A stretch of DNA of 64,000 bases from the NCBI GenBank assembly GCA_013239625.1, contig MU053629.1, positions 3,065,567-3,129,566 of the forward strand, in the 5' to 3' direction. Below, piece by piece: positions 55,276 through 64,000 of the stretch; position 1 is the first letter of the stretch, and every line of letters starts with the position of its first letter. A program made the translations under genes and the position numbers. The DNA comes from Lama guanicoe (taxonomy: Eukaryota). Under the pieces are notes generated by a model that was given only the letters and a program-made list of their open reading frames with translations, searched no databases and was not told the DNA's origin.

Positions 55276-58200
55276 TACATTAACAAAGATAATGATAACA
55301 GGGAAGTTATTACCTTAACCGGATGGATTTTAGTCCTTAAAGTCATGTGTAGTGGGTTGGACAAAAACAGAAATAGTTAGTACTATGTAAAACAATCTCC
55401 ACACTGATGAACAGTTTATAATATTGCACATGTAAGTGCCTAATTTCAAATGTGTATATTTTTATTTCTTAGCTGATAAGCACTTTAGTAGCAGAAAACT
55501 CTCCTCTATGCAGAAGGTCACTCAAATTGTAGACTAAAGCAAAATTGTGGTGCTGATTATTATTAACAAAAATTCTACAGGGCTTTTGAAGTCCATAAAG
55601 TTTACACAGTTTTAGTTAAAACATATTCACAGTACAGTACTGAAACATTTACTCATGAATTTCAGGAGAGGAATATAACCACATATTTTAAGAAAGGACA
55701 CTGGGAAGTTAGCTAATAACAATAAAGTACAATGTAAAATTTAGAATAACTTGGGTCCATAATGGTCATTGTTCAAGAGATTTGGAAACTCCAAAAGTAA
55801 AAACAAACTTCAGTAACATTTGTCACTATGTTGAACATATTTAAAAACAAACAAAAAACCTCTTGCAGATCCGTAAGAAAAAGACAGTCCAGCATAAACT
55901 GTGTAAAGGACAGGTACAGGCAAATCATTGAAGAGATAACCTAAAATGTTCAAATATACGAAAAGATGAAGGGAAATAAAAATAGAACGCAAATGAAAAG
56001 CCATTTCACAACTCTCAGATTGGAAAAATCAGAGTCTGACAATACCAACTGCTGGTAACGATATAGAGAAATCATTAATATCCTATAAATATCTCATAAA
56101 GGGAAAAAGGCTTATATACTAAGACCCAGTAATGTGACAATCAAGTGTATGACCTGGAAAAACTCTTGGCATGTTGCTTGAGGACATACAAGGATTTAAG
56201 GCACTATTTATAATGTATTTTAAAAATGAAAGCAATCTAAATGTTCATCAATAGAAGAGATACATTGCAGCATATTTATTCAATAAAACAGTACACACCA
56301 GTCCAAATGAATGAGCTACACCTATGGTGCCAACAAGAATTGAGGGGGGAGAAAAGTAAAATAATGAAACCAGGTTTCAAAATATGTATACCATGACACA
56401 ATCGTATTAATAGCTGATAAAATTTACGAGCACACTTTTTTTAAGTGCCATGCACAGCCAGAAAAAGAAAGAAAAATGCTGTATATTACTTATATGTGGA
56501 ATCTAAAAAAGGGACACAAATGACTACTTATTATTTATAACTTAGATGATTGATTTTTTGAATATGCGTAAGCACATTTGACTGTCCTCTATGATTGGAT
56601 TACTGTATTCTGTTGATTCTTATTTTGTGGTTGGCTTTATGCCTTTGACAACTATGTAAGTTTAAAAAAGCTAAAGCTCTAAATTCTTTTTAGAAACAAT
56701 GAACAGTACATATATGTAAATTTTTTAAAAATATGCTCGGTATATTGTATATATGTATTTACATGCAATATATTGTATATGTGCAGTCAAATTGTAACAA
56801 TTCTACCTAATAAAACTAAAAAATGAAAAAATTAAAATATCACAAAGGTCTGACAGAAGTCACATTTTCAAGGATTTTTCCTCACACATAAACTGTTGAT
56901 AACTGAATTTGCATGTGATTAATCTTCCCGAATGAAAAATAGAAGGAAAAAAGTTTTAAAAAATAGTGCCAGGCACAATTTTCAGCACCTCATACTAATA
57001 AACTCATTTACTTTTTACAACAACCTTAAGGGGTAGACATTTCTAATATCAGTATTTCATAGATGAGGACACTGAGGTATGGAAAGACTTTAAAACTTGT
57101 CTAAGGTCACAAAACTATTTAAGTAGCACAGTCAAGATTCAAACCTAGGAAGTATGGCTCCGAAGTCCACACTCTTCAAAAGCATCCAAAGCAATGCCAT
57201 GTACTACTCATGTATACAGTTGATTAAAAGTTAAATTGGAAGGATATACAACAAATTCATCACAACAGGTGCCTCTGGGAGGGGATATATCAGGAGAGAG
57301 GGAAAGAGGATAAAACTGGAGAGAACAAAAGGGACTTTAATTTGATCAACAATGTTCAAGTATAAAGCCCTATGCTGCTCTTTTAGAATTCAGTGTGATA
57401 CCTATGATACACGTAGTTCTTTTATAATAAATATATCTCAAGCAAAAAATTTTTAACGTCAACATTTTGTATGGAGGGTACGTACACTGTTTACCACTTA
57501 ACTGTAATTTTCTGTATTTTTCAAACATGAAAAATATTACATATAGAGGAGACTTTTCAAAAATATTACATTATAAGAGATACATATATCTCCTCTATAA
57601 AATATTATAAGAAAAATAAACAGAAATTTAAGAAATTTCCAATCTCCGTATTTCAGCTCTTACTTGGAAATGAAAACAGCTAAACTGTGAGTTAATGTGT
57701 ATATACACACATTTACATATGGAAAATGCATTTTTACATGACTCAAAAGAGATATACTGAAAGGGTATACCAGAAACAGTAACTCTTACTGTACCATTTT
57801 GATGACTCACCATTCTCAGTGAAAGTGAAGTACATATAGCACCAGCAGGAAACGCTTGAGAGCTTCCTACCTCTTTTTTCTGCTCCTTTCTATCTGTTTG
57901 TGCTTTCTAAAAGAGGGAAGCAAGAAGGTACCAAGGAATTGTCACATACTTTAAAAAAATAACAGTAACAGCCATAGATGAACATATAAGCAGCCCTTCA
58001 GAACGTAAGATTCCCATACAATCAAGAAGTGTTCCAAAAATGTATTTGCAAATTGATTGTCTGGAAATCAGAACATATCTTCCCCTAAAGAGAGTTAAAA
58101 GAGCATGTGAGCACCAGGAAAAAGACACTGCCTGAGGTGCCAGGGCATGAGCCGTGAGACAGGAAAAGCAGAGTCACAATATGTACTGATGACACAAGAA

Positions 58201-61079
58201 GAAAAGCGTTCTCTGCCAGAGTTTGAGGTTAGAAGCCACGTTACATTCATTCACCTTTGTATCCTAGGTGACTTAGCAAAGCACCTGGCACCTTATAAAC
58301 ATTCAAAAACCGCAGCTTCTGCTGATGAGGTAATGAGGGAAAGTCTGAGGCAAGCAGTTCATCAATAGGTGGCACTGTCAATACAGAACAGCTGGGGTGT
58401 AAGACGAACAGAGGTTGGAAAGTAACAATGTGGATTAACAGGTGCATCCACATATATAAAATATTAGCAGGCTGGTGTGCTAACTACGAGAATGTCTTCA
58501 CCTAAATTATTAGCAGTTTCCATTACTGTGTATATCGCATAATGTATCACAAAGTAGTTCCTCAGTTGGAGCAGAGGTTATGTGGGATTTTTAGGATTTT
58601 CTCCTGGGATGAAAATATTTTGATGCCATTTTTGTGATTATTAGAGTAATACTATTCAGAAAACAGAAGAGAGAAAAGTAAAAAAAAAAAGCATAAACAC
58701 TAAAATAAGGATTATCTATAATCTTATCATCGAGAAAACATCTTTTAATATATTCTGTATTTTCTGCCAATCATTTTGTCATATATATGAGATTTATTAT
58801 AAATAATAACATAGTATATAATTCCTCATGTTCTGATTTTACCCTCAACATTATACTGTGCTTTCTCATGTTAGTAAATATTTTTTAAAATATGACTTCT
58901 AACAACTGCATTCACCCCATTGATTAACCATCATTAATTCCACAAATCCTCTATTACATGGCATTGTAATTATTACAAATTTTCACTACTATGTTACTAC
59001 ATTATATAAATTAATCCTTTCTTATGTATAAAGTTCTACATTGCTGTTTTAGAATTCAAGGTGGTAATTACGATACACAGTAATTAGGATACACAGTGTG
59101 GAATGCTTGACTTCCCCCCAACCCACAATTCTACTTGGCACTAATCAATAGAACGCTGAACAAACAAACAAGCAAGCAAGAAAGAAATTTTTTTTTAGGA
59201 AAGAAATTTTTATCAACTGTACATCAGTCATTCTCTTCATCTACATCTGGTAGGAAAGAGGAAAGTCCTAAAAGACAAGTCTCTGATATCAGAGAAGACA
59301 AGAATTACAAGCCAATTTTCCTGCTAGAGCCACTTCTGTTTTCCACTTAGAATAATGAGCCATTAACTTAAATAGGAATAAATAAGATTTATAATATACC
59401 AAACATCTCTATTTGTATTGGTGCTTAAATCCAGGTTTTCAGAGTAAGGAGACCACTTAGAGAAATTCTGCAAACAAAAAAGATAATGTAACTAATATTA
59501 CTCAATGAGAAAACAGTAAGTTTTCTTTTATAATTCTGCCATGGCTTTTATTATTGTTTGAATTAATTAGAAAATATCATGTATTCTATCTCTTTCTTCT
59601 TACAGCCTCCCAATTATCCCAAATTTTATTCAAGTTGCCATAAATAGGCCAACAGCTCCAGGAGCTTAAGAATCAATAACTATTTAAGCCAGTGGTTATT
59701 CATGTGGAAAAGTTCAGAACAAATCAGCATCAACTGCCTGGCTCTCGTGCACAAACGAAAAATTGGCATCGCTTCACCAATTTTCAAAAGTGTAAATTCG
59801 TGTACATAAATGTAAAACTCTAAATTTTTCCTTCACTTGTTGAAGTGAAGGCCAAATTTCACGTATATTTATTCCCAGAACTGGGCTGATGTCAAGATCA
59901 ATCGACTTTCCTAACAAGTAGTTTCTTATAAAATTCCACAATGAAGTTAAATCTGTGTCTAAGCATTCAGGAAAAGAAAATCATGTAACAATATAGTATA
60001 TACAGTGATGATGATGATGATATCGGCTATTCCAGACTCCTACTGACAGCTTGCAGTCCAAAGGGAAAATGTGAAAATGAAGTAAAAGTTACCCCAAAAG
60101 TTTAATTCTGGCCAAAATAAAACGAAGTTCAGATAAAAAGAAGCCAAATAAAATCTTTTGTTTCATTCTAAGTTCAAACAGGGTTCAAATAGCTCAGAAA
60201 TTATGTATATTTAGGTTTTCAAGAACTGAATCCCAGGATCTACTCTAAACATAAACTGAATAACTTGCCCAAGAGCCCTTACTTATTACCCAATTTTAGG
60301 TTCCCCAGAGACGACTTTTTACGATAATCTCAAATGTACTACAATAAATTAGTGTAACCTGGGCTACACTGTTTACAGGTGTCTGCATCTCCTCCCCCCA
60401 AGAGGAGAGAAGAGGGCAAGCAGAAAATAGACTATATACACCCAACAACAGCTTGTAATCTTGTAAAATTGCTCCTTTTACACTTGGACCATGATTTTCC
60501 TTAACGGGTAGAATTTTAAAGAATAACATATTCACGGAGTAATACAATTTCTTCCCTCACGAGTCTCCAGCTAGCTGACACGCGTTTTCTCCTCTAATAA
60601 ATACATGCCTGTCCTGCTGTTGCAAACAAGAAATAACTGTCCTATAAGACAAAAACCCTTCTCTGAGTCTCCAGGCGTAACCATACGTTTGAATTAAAGC
60701 CACACTGGAACAATAACAAAAATCTTCCAGCACATCTGTCATTTAAAAGCACGATAATGAAAAGCCGTCACTGCGACCCAGTTTTAGGTCACAAGCTTTT
60801 TTCCCTCCTCCCCCTAGAAAGCGATAAACTTCAAGGAGAATGGTGGCGACCAAGAATTGTTTATCCCCCGCAAAAACCCGCCAGGCTCCCGCTGCCGCCT
60901 GTTTAAAACATCGAGCAGGTGGGATTCCGGGAGGCCACCTCCGTCTTACGTAACGGGCTTGTCAAAATCCCAGCTCCAGGACCTCCCTTCTCACCGCCCC
61001 CGCCCCCACCCCCACCTCCCAACAAGAGCCCCAGGCCAGCCTGGAATAGAAAATCCGGAATGAAAACACAGGAGCCCCT

Positions 61080-61990
61080 CAAGCATCCGATGCAGAGGCG
61101 CCCGTGCTACTCTCAGCACCACCGCGCCAGCCGGAGCGGACCCAGCTCGCGGAGAACGGCCAGGCTCCGAGAAGCCCCCGGGCGGAGGTCGCGGCCATCC
61201 GCGCCACCTCTCCGAGCCCTGCCGACCCCGCTCCCGCGCCCACGGCTGTCACTACTCCGGGCAGTGACAGCTCCACATGCCACCGCTGTCCGCGCCGCCG
61301 CCCCCGCACTTACCTCACCGCTGGCTCCGGCGCGAACAGCGGGTCCAGGTTTGAGAGCGGTGCCGGGTCCACTCACGAGCGGCGGCAGGACACGAGGGGC
61401 TGAATGCCGCGGCGCTCCGAACCCGCTTAGCTCATCCCTAGCCCGGCGCTCCGCCCTGCGCGGCACCCCCGCCCGCCCAGGCCTGCCGTCTCAGTCAGAC
61501 GGGGTTCCCCTCCCCTCGCGGCCGCCGCTGCCTCCGCCTCCTTCCCTGGCTCCAGCCGCCGCGGCCGCCGCCGCTGCGACCGGCGCCATCTTGGCAGTGA
61601 CGGAGGGGGCGGAGGCGGGGATCGCGGCCTGCAGGCGCCAATGGCGGGTCAGGCCCGTGCCCGAGGGGGCGGGATAGGACTGGGTTGAGGGTCGTGGGGT
61701 CCTAGCGCCTGATCGTAAGCGGGGCGGAGAAGGTGGGCGGGGCTGCGCTGCGTTCTCTCCTGACGCGCGGTTTAGTTGGGGAAACGCGCTGTGGTTCCCC
61801 TTTTGGCTGGAAGATCCGGAGCCTGAGGAGAGCGTGGGTGACACACACCTTCCCTTCCCCTTTCACCACCTCGAGGGTCAGGGATCCGTCCTGGGCCAAC
61901 TGACCTGTTTCTTCCTTCCTCCCCAGCAGCCGCAGGAGTCCTGACATTGCCTAGCCAAAGCTCGTCGCGTCTGCCTGAGCGGCCGCTCCT
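61080..61990. promoter_or_regulatory. CpG island / TATA-less promoter of DENND4A
   Basis: Abrupt GC- and CpG-rich island in an AT-rich window; several GGGGCGG GC boxes (~61605-61742), CCAAT at 61638-61642, YY1-type CGCCATCTTG at 61584-61593. Confidence 0.9.
61314..61600 (-). other. DENND4A: DENND4A non-coding exon 1 (5' UTR), TSS approximate
   Basis: GC-rich segment in CpG island ending in consensus donor GAG|gtaagt (61312-61313); YY1-like CAAGATGGCG near the 5' end; GC boxes just upstream. Confidence 0.75.
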
Positions 61991-64000
61991 CTACCAAAGG
62001 CACTAAGATTCCCCAGGAAACCCCCTGAGGGGCTAGCAGCCTCCTACTAGTAGGTTTCGGTCCCAAGATGCTGAAGGTCAGGTAAAATGGGGAATTCAGG
62101 GGGGTTCTATGAAAACTACGTTGATAAAACACCTATTGTTGACTGAAGGGGTGTAGATTACATTGGATTAATGGGATATGGCCCAGCTGTGGTTCCACCA
62201 TTAGTGGCTTTTGGCAAGTTGCCTCTGAAAAAATGAGGATAATAAAGATTAGTTACTCCTGCAGGGTTGCTCTGAGGGTTAAATGCTATAATACATGTGA
62301 AGTGCTTAGCACCGTACCTGAAAATACTCAATAAATGTTAGATATTATTACATGAACAAGTGAAGGGAAAAATAAGACCCTAAAGGTTTCAAGTGAACTT
62401 TCCAAAATTGTGCAGAATAGGCATTAGTCCCTCCCTATTTCCTGTCTCCACTTCTTCCATTATATTCAGTCAATCAACAAACATTCACTAAAATCGAAAC
62501 AGAGGGGACTCACTGGTGAGGGAAGCAGAAAAGGTCTGGCTTCATGGAGCTGATTGTCTAGTGAGAAAAAGAGAGACAATAAATAATTCATCATATTTTG
62601 AGGGAAATATGCTTAAAAGGTTATGGACAGAATTCTGGGAGCAAATACCAGGATAGCTTAAAAAAAAAACAGAGTATTCAGGAAGGGCCCATCTGAGGGA
62701 TGAGAAAGAGCCAGTAATGTGAGAAATGCCCTGGGGAATTGTTTAAGGCATGGCGGGGCATGGCTGTACCAAGGACCTGTGGTAGGAAGGAACTTGACTA
62801 TTGGAACTGAGCAAAGTCCATGGTGCTGGGAAATCCGTGGTGCCAGGAGGAGCCTGTCCTGAGATTGGAGAGGTAAGTGAGGGTTTATTCCCTCAGAGCC
62901 TAGGAAGACTTGGAAACAAGATTGGATTTTATTGTAATTGCAGCTGAAAACTGTTGAGTAAGGCGTGACTGTTAGAGCAAGGAGGTGGAAACAGTGATGT
63001 TTGCGGTAAGATATATCTATTTCAGGCAATATATGGGCCAAAGAAGTGGATTTAAAGTAAAACAAAACAAGACAAAAAACCCTGGGGTTGAGCCTTTTCA
63101 ACACTAAATTGGTCAGATTATATGTTCTGATCTTCAACTTCCTTATTAATAAAAGAAAAAGTGATCATCACATAAGACTGAAAATTGTTAAACAATGTAA
63201 TTTGTTACTAAGTGTTTTGTGTCATGTTAGCCTCGTGTATAGTTGCAAAATCAGTGGTATTTCATAAATATATTTATTGGTTTTTTAACTGATTAAGTAG
63301 TAATCCAAATCAGTGATTCTTACTCATTTTTGCAGAGTGATCCTAAAGGAAAGAATATGTACTGTTATGAATGTGTAGCTTATTGACGCTATAGTTCCAA
63401 ATGTGTTTAAATGCTTAGCTCTGCACTTTCTCATGAAATTTGCTATCAAGACACGAATTTTTTTAAAAATTGTAAAATGTGCAAAACATAAAATTGACCA
63501 TTTTAAGTATTTTTAAATTACAGTTCAGTGGCATTAAGTACGTGGTTGTGCAACCATCTCCACTGTCCATTTCCAGAACTTTTTCATCACCCTAAACTGA
63601 AACTCTGACCCAGCAAATGAAAATTCCTATCCTACTTTCTAAGACGTGTATTTTTTAAAGGTATCTGGTGAGTTCCCCCCACCCCCAAAAATGGCAATGG
63701 CTTTGGTGATCAGTAGGATTGTTTGCTTCCATTCAAGGATTTATTGGACGATACCCTATAAGTTTAGAAATCGCTACCCAAGAAATAAAGATTAGTGGAA
63801 GTTTTTAGCTCAGATGGCTAACGTATCATACTAATGAGGAGTACTAACATAGGACCAATTAATTTTAACACTGAAAAATTGTCTTACGTAGCCATGAAAT
63901 GTGCTCTGTGGTCTTGCATATATGCTCCAAGATGGCCCAGACAACCTGCCCCTTTATTTTTGTATGGCTACTTTTGTGTGTATCTTTTTAATGCCATTAA

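Noticed and set aside
60919..61677. 252-aa Pro/Arg/Ala-rich + strand ORF and other overlapping ORFs in the CpG island
   Set aside because: Stop-poor GC-rich sequence yields long ORFs in several frames; no recognisable domain

Overview
AT-rich mammalian genomic DNA (SINE and L1 3'-UTR types suggest a camelid; inference) holding the 5' half of DENND4A on the minus strand. It contains a CpG-island promoter and non-coding exon 1 (~61.3-61.6 kb), a probable 79-nt non-coding exon (38311-38389), and ten coding exons (32177 down to 393). These splice in frame to 1591 nt (~530 aa, MABP/uDENN/cDENN region), and the gene continues off the left edge. The introns are mostly L1, L2, MIR, tRNA-derived SINEs, hAT-Charlie DNA transposons and LTR fragments, with a 542-N assembly gap inside an L1. 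I see no evidence of a new multi-gene system. The most notable items are a multi-uORF leader whose content depends on a transposon-like cassette exon, a tandem duplication of half an exon whose duplicated splice donor is mutated, a GC-AG intron, a three-level MIR/L1/L1 nest with target-site duplications (TSDs), and two atypical TSD-flanked chimeric insertions. Repeat family names are by-eye recognition, not RepeatMasker output, and repeat boundaries are approximate unless TSDs are given.
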